From a virus (lineage: Duplodnaviria > Heunggongvirae > Uroviricota > Caudoviricetes): DNA of 64,000 nt. Location: IMG/VR virus record IMGVR_UViG_3300033692_000022. One strand, written 5' to 3'. The position numbers were made by a program, and so were the translations under genes. Under the pieces are notes generated by a model. That model did not search any database, was not told the origin of the DNA, and saw only the letters and a list, made by a program, of their open reading frames with translations. How positions within the stretch are numbered: position 1 is the stretch's first letter; each line of letters starts with the position of its first letter. Of this stretch, positions 19,081 to 28,228 are shown piece by piece.

Positions 19081-22000
19081 ATGGCAGGACAAAAGTTAGT
19101 ATATGATTACTATAGAGAAAGAAGAGGTAGCTGGTACTGGCTTAGCTCAAATCTAAGAGAATGGCTAAATAGCGACCAGGAAAATGTAGGATATACTAAT
19201 GAACCTCCAAATAGTAGCAACCTAGGTTCTGATAGTTATGCGGATGAAGCCGGATTTTTAACTAACTTTACAACAGCAGAAAAAAATGCTATAGCAGTAA
19301 CAAGACACAGAGGGTATACCAGAGGTGTTGATAGTTCCGTAAAGGATGGTGGGAGTACTGATTTAAACTTTTCTTCGTCTTTTGATACTCCATTTGCTAA
19401 CTATTATTGCTCGGGTGTTGAAGATAATTGGGGCTCTTTTAATTATAAAATTTCAGATGATAAAGTATTTTTATTTTCTCCAGTAGAAATTCACCATTAC
19501 TCACAAAGTAGAAATTTCAACATAAAAAAAGCGCCTTCCCAGTATATAAGAAATAAATATAATATATCTTCAAATTATATAAAGTATACCGTTCAGAATG
19601 GGGAGCACTACGACAGACTTTGCGCAATTAGCGATGAAGGAACATTCTCTTCTACTAACTCTGACTCTACAACAGGAATAGCACCTGCTATACATCTCAA
19701 ACCCGATTATACGTTGGATAGTGGGAAAAAAGTATCAAATTTAAAAGTTGGAGAAGAAGTCGTATTTGGTAATTATGGTGGACACCAAATATCGTGGATA
19801 GTAGTTAATAAAACTCCAGATGACTTTGCATTGCTCTGGTCAAAAGAAGTAATAACTTTAAAAGCATACGATTCTCCTAATGATGACTTCTCCTGGGAGT
19901 ATTCAGACCATATAAATTTCAGCAACTATGATGTAAATATAATTAACGACCTTCAAAAATGGTATCCAACAAATGATAAAACTTTACCGAGACTTTATCT
20001 TCTCAATGAAGACGATCTAAATTCAAGACAAGACGGCGGATGGACCTTAAAATTACAGGCAGAAGATACAGGGTCCGGCATAGAAAAGATAGTATTACCT
20101 GATGGTACCGAAGTTTATGATAACTACGCTGAATATTATATTACTGAAAATAAAAGATATTTCATGCACACTGTAGACAATGCTGGGAATAGAAATAATC
20201 TAACTATTCCAGTAAGTAATATAAACCCACCTTCTTCTGTGGACATCAACTCATCATCTGATGGATGGACTAATTCAGACGTAAATGTAGAGATAAAAGC
20301 ATCTAATGACGTAAATGATTATTATGCAAATGAAATAATAACAAATAGTAGAGACTGGTATGGTCCAGCTTGGCCGAATTCTATATCTTACACTGGAAAA
20401 ACCTTCAGAGTGACAGGTAATATAGAATTAATAGATCACAGCGCAGATTTAGGTAATGTAAGAGCAAATGTGGGTTTTAGATATATAAGAAGATATAATA
20501 AAAACGATGGGTACGACATATCGAATAGTTGGCCCACAATAGAACATTTTTATCTTAGGGATATTAACGGAACACAGGCTAGTTTTGATTTTGAATACAC
20601 AGTACCTGGGGATTATTATAAAGATATAAGGCCATTTTTACAGATTGGAGTAGCACATCATAATCATAATTATACAGTAAAATACACTAATGTTAAATAC
20701 GAATTACTTGATAAAAGTGACTTTGGTATAGATTACATCAAACTACCAAATGGTCAGAAAATATATCAAGACACTTATACAACCACAATCACAGAAGAGG
20801 GAACGTATACTTTTGAGGTTATGGATAATAGAGGCGTAGTTACATCAAGAACTATAGAGGTGCTGATAGAAACTAACCCTCCAGATCTAAATATAAGTCA
20901 GGAAGTAACCAAGAAAACCAATCAAAGTTATGACCTCATTGTAAATGCTTCAGATTCCGAAAGCGGAGTTAAAAGAATACTGCAGCCCAACGGCGAATGG
21001 GTTGAATCTGATTCTTTAAGGTATAATATTTATCAAAATGGAACCTATGAGTTTACAGCAGAAGATAATGCTGGTAATAGAAAAACTAAATCAATAACAG
21101 TATCAAATATAGACAAGACTAGCCCAGTAGACCCCAATATCCATGTAGTTGATAAAGGAGAAAATCACGTAACACTTAATTGGATAGCAGATGATACAGA
21201 GTCAGATATAGATTCAATCAGGTTATATTTCCAAGAATCAGACAGTGATGGTAATCATCTGAAAGATATAGATATCAACGGAGATGGAAACACAGAATAC
21301 GACGTTGATGTTACTGGCCAGGAATCATATACGATTAATGGATTAAATGATTACACATACTACAGATATTATTTAAGAGTGATAGATTCAGTAGACAATG
21401 TAAGAAATGACGGCTATCATACCGTAAGAACTCAAGACACTACGGGGCCAATAGTAGATATAACATCGCACAACGATAATACTAATATCGGATATATCGA
21501 CGGCAATCAACTCACTTTAAGCGGAACAGCAGATGACAATGGAGAGGTTGATAGAGTAATCTTAAACGCTTCGGGCGCAGTCACACTTAATGACTTAGTT
21601 ATAGACGACAGCTCACCAGAAAACTGGAGTTATACAAGATCATATCCCGAAGGTCATACAAGACTAGAAGTTAAAGCAATAGACAAAGCCGGCAACGAAT
21701 CGGATGCCAAGTATATAGAATTTGATGTAGATACTGAAGCTCCTCAGATTGTATGGAATAATCACACAGATAAGAGCTGGCGCAACACTGTACCTGATGT
21801 CCACACTAATAATATAGATATAAACTCTGGTATTAGCACCTCAAAACTAGCAGTAACCTCAAATACAACTAAACCTTCCGACTGGATTAATGACTCCTCA
21901 CCTAGTAACACATACTTCCAAAACACATTAGAAGGAAAACCAGATGGTGAATGGTACTGTCATGTTGAAGTAACAGACAACAACGGCAACAGTACTTATA

Positions 22001-22830
22001 GTTACCAGGGACCATTTAAGATAGACAGAAGTGAGCCTACACATGTGTCACATTCCATATCTGGAGCAGATTATGTAAGAGATAATAATTACTATGTTAA
22101 ACCTAATAGGGAATTTTATATAGAAGTAGAGGGAGAAGAAAACACACTCCTTTCTCATAACTACCTAAATCTAAATGGTGACAACGTTGATATAAGAGCA
22201 TATCAGGTACTATCAGACGAATCATTTAATGAGTACAGAACAGGAAACTATGCTGAGATAATATCGGCTGAGAAGGTAAATTCAACAACTACAAAATTTA
22301 AAGTAAGAATAAAAGATAATGCACCTAACGGATTTATTTTCAATGTAAACGGATGGCACAAAAACGAGGCCGGCACATTAAGCAGATTCACTACTGATAT
22401 AGATATAATAGTAGATGCTAATCCTGCTCAAATGAATGGGTGGGAGATAAAGAACGCACCCTATTTCGATGGCAACACTTATTGGGGTAAACAGGGTGAT
22501 CAGATGACTTTTAACCTCAAGGGCTATGACGACGTAAGCGGGGCAAAAAGAGGTTACATTCAATTAGTTAACAAAGAGACCGGCGACGCCGAACACGCCT
22601 CATACAATAGGGATGAGGGCTATCTCAGCGATTCTAGGGAAGAGCCTAATGTAGATGTAACAACTGGTAGACTAATAAGCAGCGATGATAAAAATATGGA
22701 GATAGAGTTTGATTTTACTCTAGGTAATCAGCCGACAAATTATGACTTATGCTGGTACTGGTACGATAATGTTAAGAACACAATGGATTATACAGATACC
22801 GGCAAAGATATAGGAATAGAAATATCATAG
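19081..22830 (+). CDS. Giant Ig-like/FN3-rich tail fiber (1249 aa), truncated by a frame break
   Basis: It carries three copies of an approximately 90-aa Ig-like module (DSGSGIEKIVLPDGTEV...VDNAGNR; DSESGVKRILQPNGEWV...AEDNAGNRKTKSITV) and an FN3 module with a DINGDG loop. Confidence 0.5.
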   Translation: MAGQKLVYDYYRERRGSWYWLSSNLREWLNSDQENVGYTNEPPNSSNLGSDSYADEAGFLTNFTTAEKNAIAVTRHRGYTRGVDSSVKDGGSTDLNFSSSFDTPFANYYCSGVEDNWGSFNYKISDDKVFLFSPVEIHHYSQSRNFNIKKAPSQYIRNKYNISSNYIKYTVQNGEHYDRLCAISDEGTFSSTNSDSTTGIAPAIHLKPDYTLDSGKKVSNLKVGEEVVFGNYGGHQISWIVVNKTPDDFALLWSKEVITLKAYDSPNDDFSWEYSDHINFSNYDVNIINDLQKWYPTNDKTLPRLYLLNEDDLNSRQDGGWTLKLQAEDTGSGIEKIVLPDGTEVYDNYAEYYITENKRYFMHTVDNAGNRNNLTIPVSNINPPSSVDINSSSDGWTNSDVNVEIKASNDVNDYYANEIITNSRDWYGPAWPNSISYTGKTFRVTGNIELIDHSADLGNVRANVGFRYIRRYNKNDGYDISNSWPTIEHFYLRDINGTQASFDFEYTVPGDYYKDIRPFLQIGVAHHNHNYTVKYTNVKYELLDKSDFGIDYIKLPNGQKIYQDTYTTTITEEGTYTFEVMDNRGVVTSRTIEVLIETNPPDLNISQEVTKKTNQSYDLIVNASDSESGVKRILQPNGEWVESDSLRYNIYQNGTYEFTAEDNAGNRKTKSITVSNIDKTSPVDPNIHVVDKGENHVTLNWIADDTESDIDSIRLYFQESDSDGNHLKDIDINGDGNTEYDVDVTGQESYTINGLNDYTYYRYYLRVIDSVDNVRNDGYHTVRTQDTTGPIVDITSHNDNTNIGYIDGNQLTLSGTADDNGEVDRVILNASGAVTLNDLVIDDSSPENWSYTRSYPEGHTRLEVKAIDKAGNESDAKYIEFDVDTEAPQIVWNNHTDKSWRNTVPDVHTNNIDINSGISTSKLAVTSNTTKPSDWINDSSPSNTYFQNTLEGKPDGEWYCHVEVTDNNGNSTYSYQGPFKIDRSEPTHVSHSISGADYVRDNNYYVKPNREFYIEVEGEENTLLSHNYLNLNGDNVDIRAYQVLSDESFNEYRTGNYAEIISAEKVNSTTTKFKVRIKDNAPNGFIFNVNGWHKNEAGTLSRFTTDIDIIVDANPAQMNGWEIKNAPYFDGNTYWGKQGDQMTFNLKGYDDVSGAKRGYIQLVNKETGDAEHASYNRDEGYLSDSREEPNVDVTTGRLISSDDKNMEIEFDFTLGNQPTNYDLCWYWYDNVKNTMDYTDTGKDIGIEIS

Positions 22831-23369
22831 AGATAGATATTAATGTCGAGGACAGTCAGTCAGGAGTAAAAAGTGTCGAATACAAATTCGACCACAGCAC
22901 TCATTACTCTGGAGACAACTTAAGAACTACTGGTACTCAGGATACCCTCTTTATAGAAGCCCACGGTGAATGGTATCTTCATATAAGAGCAGAGGACAAT
23001 GCCGGGAATGTTGTAAGACAGACATTCGGTCCTTATGTTAATTACTCGGACCCTAAAAGATATATGAAGATCCAGACACCCGGCGGCGAACAGGAAATAC
23101 CACTATATGAACTCAATCAAAGAGTAGACAACAGGCTGAGAATAAAAGCAGCAGATGAAGTGGTATGTATAGGATTAGTCCCACCAGATGATAAGAGGGC
23201 AACAGAAATAAGAGTTAAGATGCCTGAAGCAATATATGCAGTAGAAGGGAACAGAAATGTATTCAGATTCTCAGAGATCGATCCTAACTTAAGTAATGAC
23301 TTTACTCTTGGGGAAGATGAAATAACAATAGATACTCAAAGAGGATTCGACGGTGGAGAATTAGTATAA
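22776..23369 (+). CDS. C-terminal continuation of the 19081 fiber in the −1 frame. It includes a fourth Ig-like module, and there is no start codon before 23064.
   Basis: The frame is open from 22776. It encodes DINVEDSQSGVKSVEYKF...HGEWYLHIRAEDNAGNVVRQTF, the same module as in the upstream ORF, with 290 nt lacking ATG/GTG/TTG. Confidence 0.5.
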   Translation, partial: EHNGLYRYRQRYRNRNIIEIDINVEDSQSGVKSVEYKFDHSTHYSGDNLRTTGTQDTLFIEAHGEWYLHIRAEDNAGNVVRQTFGPYVNYSDPKRYMKIQTPGGEQEIPLYELNQRVDNRLRIKAADEVVCIGLVPPDDKRATEIRVKMPEAIYAVEGNRNVFRFSEIDPNLSNDFTLGEDEITIDTQRGFDGGELV

Positions 23370-23383
23370 ACTAGGAGGCAGAA

Positions 23384-23791
23384 ATGAGTATATTAAATAA
23401 CTTACCCAACTGGAATGCACAGTCAGATAGGGTTGTAGAACCAGATAACGATAAGAAAGCAGCTGGGTGGAGGCTCGGTGAAGAGCCACCTCCTGGTTAC
23501 TTTAACTGGTTCTGGAATCTCGTATCCGATTCATTAAATATTTTAGATACACATAATCACGATGATAGATATTACACCAAAGGTTACTTTGATTCTCACG
23601 ATCATGACAGTTTATATTACAGAAAAGATTACATCGATTCTCACGAGCACGACGACAGATATTACACAAAAAATGATGTTAATAGTATGCTCGGGGCCAC
23701 CTATATTGAAAGCCCAACTGTTGGTAATATATTAGTATCAGACACCGAGCCAACTAATGCAGAAGAAAACGACATATGGATAAAGTTATAA
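23384..23791 (+). CDS. Short tail fiber protein: conserved N-terminal anchor domain plus HxHD-RYY histidine repeats
   Basis: LPNWNAQSDRVVEPDNDKKAAGWRLGEEPPPGYFNWFWNLVSDSLNILDTHNHDDRYYTK is shared with five other fiber genes. It also has repeats SHDHDSLYYRK and SHEHDDRYYTK. Confidence 0.45.
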   Translation: MSILNNLPNWNAQSDRVVEPDNDKKAAGWRLGEEPPPGYFNWFWNLVSDSLNILDTHNHDDRYYTKGYFDSHDHDSLYYRKDYIDSHEHDDRYYTKNDVNSMLGATYIESPTVGNILVSDTEPTNAEENDIWIKL

Positions 23792-23804
23792 AGGAGGCAG
23801 TAAA

Positions 23805-25667
23805 TTGGGATATATAACACCAGATAAATCACCGGGTATATACATGGACCCGATTACTGTCAACTTTAGTGTTGATAGCAGGGTAGTAAATATAGCAGAA
23901 ACTCAGGATGGCAGCAACCCAACAATAGCAAAATATATAGCATATGATAATCTAAACCCACCTAATCCATTCATAGCGACCGTACAGGACGGCAGGGGTA
24001 ATGTTCTGTTCGATGGTGGATTTCCAAAATACTACAATATGAGAGTAAATTCTTCCTGGACTTCATTTTCTCAACTTAATGATACATTTAAGTATTTTCA
24101 TAATGCTTTAGATTGGATAGCAAACGATGATAAGGTATCAGAAGGTAATCGTAAGATGTTATTTCTTGGTGATTCAAACCCTGGAGAATCTTACAACATC
24201 AAACAAACAGGCGGCAGTGATTTTAAAACATCTATAGAAACAATGTGTACTACTGGTAACTGGGACCCTACCTATCTGACAAGAGAAGATTTCAGCGGCG
24301 GCCAAATCGATTTAAGTTATGCTGATTTAGAGCCTTATGTTGGCGTATTCCTGATGTCGAGTAGGCATACATCTAATAGATATATAACTCAATCAACTGT
24401 AGATAATCTATTGGCTTTTAGAGAAGCCGGTAACGGTATGTTTATCATAACAGACCATGGTTCTAGTGCAGACAACGGTTTTTATAGAACTGCTAATTTC
24501 ATAGCTGAAGAACTTGGGGCTCAATTTTTAGGATATTATAATAGATCACCTGTTAATGTTGGTTTCTTAATAGATAACTACGGTAATCATCCTTTATGGT
24601 CTGGTATGGATAGGAGTGGATATGTCCACGCTGGAAGTTCGGAGTCTGAAATAATTGTAGATGAAACACCAACTACTACAACAGCAGACTCTCTTACTGT
24701 AAGTGAACAGGGTTTTAAGACAGCAAGATTCTTAATAGAGCTCGATACAGGAGAAAAGGTATTTGAAACATATTCCTACGGATTGAATGCTGGAGACCCT
24801 ATTACTTTCAATAACGATATTCAAAATGGAGAGCTTAAAATAGGATTCGGCAGAACTATAGATTTAGATTTCGATATAAATTTAGGAATAATGGACAGCG
24901 CTTCAGGGCTAGTAAGAAGGAACAGCGATGTAATAGCTCAGTGGTCAAAAGACAGCGGCGGAATGACAACAGAATGGTTTACCGAAAGTGGTAACAGTAC
25001 CATTAAGGTAGATGATGGGGACTCAATAAAGGTAGCCTTACAGTCTCCAGTCTATTATGCAGAGTCTTTTACTATTAATGCAGCACCTCGAACTTCGACA
25101 GCCATCGACATAAACCTCGAAGATAAGACAAGTAAATACATTTCACTAAGCTGGACCTATGATAGCAGGATAGAACTAGACCATCTCGAGCTTATCTTTT
25201 TAAAAAGCGACGGATCACAGATAGATATAGATGATGACGGTACATTAGAAGATAGGTTAAACCTCAATAAAAGCCTATCATTTAGTGCAAGTAATCTTGA
25301 GCCGGCAACAGAATATAAGTTCAAACTAAGAGTATATGATGTTAACGGCGGCAGTTTAGACAGCAGCTATTATACAGCTAAAACAAACGGAGTACTTAAG
25401 ATACTTGTCGATAATACCTACAAGATACCACGCAACGCTCTAGTAAAAAAAGGAACAGGCTGGTCGAATTTTACAACTCAAATAAAGAATAACGGAGAGT
25501 TTGAGGAAATCGACATAGGGCCTACGATACAAACTTCCATGTTTACTACTGACATGTGGACAGAGTTTTCAAAAGAGGTGCGGGCAATCCACCTGTTAGA
25601 TAATGACTCTGATCTATATGGCAGCAGCCTTGATATTATAGATGTAATAGACTCCTATGGAATATAG
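23805..25667 (+). CDS. Tail protein paralog A, part 1: N-terminal hydrolase-like domain (GDS / TDHG motifs), FN3 module, beta-rich region
   Basis: TTG start after ribosome-binding site AAGGAGGCAG. It is approximately 75% identical over its N-terminal 260 aa to the 27431 ORF. It contains LFLGDSNPGES and FIITDHGSSADNGF. Confidence 0.45.
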   Translation: MGYITPDKSPGIYMDPITVNFSVDSRVVNIAETQDGSNPTIAKYIAYDNLNPPNPFIATVQDGRGNVLFDGGFPKYYNMRVNSSWTSFSQLNDTFKYFHNALDWIANDDKVSEGNRKMLFLGDSNPGESYNIKQTGGSDFKTSIETMCTTGNWDPTYLTREDFSGGQIDLSYADLEPYVGVFLMSSRHTSNRYITQSTVDNLLAFREAGNGMFIITDHGSSADNGFYRTANFIAEELGAQFLGYYNRSPVNVGFLIDNYGNHPLWSGMDRSGYVHAGSSESEIIVDETPTTTTADSLTVSEQGFKTARFLIELDTGEKVFETYSYGLNAGDPITFNNDIQNGELKIGFGRTIDLDFDINLGIMDSASGLVRRNSDVIAQWSKDSGGMTTEWFTESGNSTIKVDDGDSIKVALQSPVYYAESFTINAAPRTSTAIDINLEDKTSKYISLSWTYDSRIELDHLELIFLKSDGSQIDIDDDGTLEDRLNLNKSLSFSASNLEPATEYKFKLRVYDVNGGSLDSSYYTAKTNGVLKILVDNTYKIPRNALVKKGTGWSNFTTQIKNNGEFEEIDIGPTIQTSMFTTDMWTEFSKEVRAIHLLDNDSDLYGSSLDIIDVIDSYGI

Positions 25668-26824
25668 GACACTGCAGACTTAATATAACAGAACCACCAC
25701 CTCTTGTAGCAAACGATGACTCATTTGAGATATACGAGGGTGGATATATAAATATTTATAAATCTCAGATGTTAGACAATGATTACGATGAAAGCGGGAA
25801 CGAACCAATCGAAATCATAGGTTTCTCTGGTGTTACTGGAGGAACACTAACCGAGTACGACAACTACATTAGATTCGATGTAACAAGTCAGGTAGGAGAA
25901 CCTGCAGAGTTTAAATATACAATAACTAACGCAGTAGGCATAGAAACTACAGCCTATGTAAAGTTAATTATTAAAAAGGGACTTATTGCAGGAATAGATA
26001 ATACTGATTCATATAAAGATATCGAAAAGACCATTCCTATTTCAACCCTCGACATAACAGACATTTCAGAAAACCCACCAATTAAGTTAATAGGTGTTAC
26101 AGATCCAAGCGGCGGAACAGTAACCTTTGACGATTATAACATCTATCTTACCTCAACAGCTGCGGCTGGCAGTAATATTTCATTCAATTATACAGTGCGA
26201 AATGATATTAATCTTACAGATACAGGAACTGTTAATGTGAAAGTTATGCCTACTCCTCAGATACAAACAGCTGATGATACATTCGAAGTTACCCAGGGTA
26301 ATCAGATATTGATTTCTAAATCTGGACTCACCAATAATGATACAGATGAAGGAGGATATTACCCACTAACAGTAACCAATGTATACAACGTAACAGGTGG
26401 AACACTTGATGTAAGCGGAGATACTATTACATTTACTTCTACAAGTCTTGCGGGAGAAGCCGCAGGTTTTAAGTATGATGTAGAAAACACTCAGGGCGTA
26501 ACTCAGACAGGAAATGTATATATCACTGTTAATCCACTTCCAGCCGTAGACTCCTTAATTTTTAGCGACGCACAAACAACCCAGGATAAGCTAAACGAAT
26601 ATACTCCTGATAGTATGCAGGACGTATTTACAAGCTGGTATAGATTCTCTCATCAAGGCGGGAATATACAGGTCAACCCTCTTACTATGTATGACGGCAC
26701 TACTCAATACGATTTATATAGCGAAAATATATGGAAGTACCACGCCGATGAAGATAGAATAGCCTGTCAGCAGAATACTCCTCAGCATGTTGGCTTTCTT
26801 CGCCGGGTGGAGATGATGACATGA
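25634..26824 (+). CDS. Tail protein paralog A, part 2, continuing part 1 in the −1 frame. The track ATG is at 25769.
   Basis: The frame is open from 25634 and encodes NIGHCRLNITEPPPLVANDDSFEIYEGG. This aligns to YIGHCEIKTSQTPNLVAMDDSFEVYEGG of the 28206 ORF, with no start codon upstream of 25769. Cadherin-like or Ig-like repeats follow. Confidence 0.45.
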   Translation, partial: YYRCNRLLWNIGHCRLNITEPPPLVANDDSFEIYEGGYINIYKSQMLDNDYDESGNEPIEIIGFSGVTGGTLTEYDNYIRFDVTSQVGEPAEFKYTITNAVGIETTAYVKLIIKKGLIAGIDNTDSYKDIEKTIPISTLDITDISENPPIKLIGVTDPSGGTVTFDDYNIYLTSTAAAGSNISFNYTVRNDINLTDTGTVNVKVMPTPQIQTADDTFEVTQGNQILISKSGLTNNDTDEGGYYPLTVTNVYNVTGGTLDVSGDTITFTSTSLAGEAAGFKYDVENTQGVTQTGNVYITVNPLPAVDSLIFSDAQTTQDKLNEYTPDSMQDVFTSWYRFSHQGGNIQVNPLTMYDGTTQYDLYSENIWKYHADEDRIACQQNTPQHVGFLRRVEMMT

Positions 26825-27411
26825 TCGGTATAGTTTTAGCCTATACTGAAACTTCTAATCCTTATGATGAACATACACTCATAGCTCAAAGAACTCACGG
26901 GGGGATAGGCGGAGGCGAATGGGCTATAATTTATAATAAATCAAAATCTGGGGATAGTGTGATAATAAACGATAGCATATCTGGTGATGATATAAGTGGG
27001 GGTTGGAGTGGAGATCGCACAAGAGTAAGAGCTGAGAGAGAAGGAAATATCATAAAAGTATATGCTTCTCCAATGAATTCAACTACTCTTGATCCAAATT
27101 CAATGTTCGAAATAGATTTAAGCTCAGATAGTAGACTCCACAAATTTATGGACGGAGGATCATACGGGTATTGTTGTTTATCACAGGACAGATCAACATT
27201 TACCGATATACAGTTCGAAGGTGGATTAGACAAATCCATAATCTTAGATATTGAAAATAATATAGTCTGGGAATATAGCTTCGAACAAAGCCAATGGATA
27301 GATACAGGAAGAACTATTCAGGACGAAATAGGATATGTAAGAGAGGTATATAATCCAAACACTGGTGATAGATACCTTGTTAAAGAAAACGAAATAATCA
27401 AAATGACTTAA
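26758..27411 (+). CDS. Tail protein paralog A, part 3, continuing part 2 in the −1 frame. The track ATG is at 26821.
   Basis: Upstream in the same frame, SPGGDDDMIGIVLAYTE aligns with SSNGDNDVIGLVIAFDRD of the 28206 ORF. The C-terminal YVREVYNPNTGDRYLVKENEIIKMT is nearly identical to the paralog B C-terminus. Confidence 0.45.
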   Translation, partial: NSLSAEYSSACWLSSPGGDDDMIGIVLAYTETSNPYDEHTLIAQRTHGGIGGGEWAIIYNKSKSGDSVIINDSISGDDISGGWSGDRTRVRAEREGNIIKVYASPMNSTTLDPNSMFEIDLSSDSRLHKFMDGGSYGYCCLSQDRSTFTDIQFEGGLDKSIILDIENNIVWEYSFEQSQWIDTGRTIQDEIGYVREVYNPNTGDRYLVKENEIIKMT

Positions 27412-27430
27412 GGAAAAGGAGGGGAATTTT

Positions 27431-28228
27431 ATGGGATACGTAATACCAGATAAACAACCTGGAATATATAAAGAACCATTTACTGTAGATTTTAATGTAG
27501 ATAGTAGTGTATCAAATGTAGTAGACACTCAAGATGGAAGCAATCCGACCATAGCAAAGTATATAGCATATGACAATTTAAACCCGCCAAATCCATTTAT
27601 AGCAACAGTTCAAGATGGTAAGGGTAATGTATTATTCGATGGTGGCTTCCCTAAGTACTATAATCACAAATGTGATACATCTTGGAGTTCGTTTTCCGAC
27701 CTTAATAACACCTTTAAGTATTTTTATAATGCTTTGAATTGGATAGCAAATGAAGAAAAAGTAGCTGAAGGGAATCGCAAAATACTTTTTATAGGAGATG
27801 CTATTCCAGGCGAGCCTTACAATATAAAAGAAACTGGCGGTAGTGATTTTAAAACATCAATAGAAACAATATGTAGAGTTGGGAATTGGAACCCTACTTA
27901 TAAGATAAGGACTGATTTTCCTAATAATCAAATAGATTTAAGCTATACAGACTTAGAACCTTATGTAGCGGTATTTCTAATGTCAAGTAGACACACTAGC
28001 ACTAAACATATCACAGATAGTACAGTAAATAACATGCTTGCCTTTAGAGAAGCAGGCAACGGTATATTCATGATTACCGATCATGGATCAAGTGCAGATA
28101 ATGGTTTTTATAAAACTGCTAATTACATTGCAGAAGAACTTGGTGCACACTTCATTGGTGATTATGATAGAACTCCAGTTAACGTAGGCTACCTTATCGA
28201 TAATTATGGCAACCATCCATTGTGGTGA
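27431..28228 (+). CDS. Tail protein paralog B, part 1 (hydrolase-like N-terminal domain)
   Basis: Ribosome-binding site AAGGAGGGGAATTTTATG. It matches paralog A residues 1–265 closely (IAKYIAYDNLNPPNPFIATVQDG identical). It ends at NYGNHPLW*, where paralog A continues. Confidence 0.45.
   Translation: MGYVIPDKQPGIYKEPFTVDFNVDSSVSNVVDTQDGSNPTIAKYIAYDNLNPPNPFIATVQDGKGNVLFDGGFPKYYNHKCDTSWSSFSDLNNTFKYFYNALNWIANEEKVAEGNRKILFIGDAIPGEPYNIKETGGSDFKTSIETICRVGNWNPTYKIRTDFPNNQIDLSYTDLEPYVAVFLMSSRHTSTKHITDSTVNNMLAFREAGNGIFMITDHGSSADNGFYKTANYIAEELGAHFIGDYDRTPVNVGYLIDNYGNHPLW

Noticed and set aside
23064-23369. Track ORF 23064..23369 (101 aa) as an independent small gene
   Set aside because: The conserved Ig-like module begins about 290 nt upstream in the same frame, where no start codon exists. 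It is the tail of the 19081 fiber, not a separate gene.
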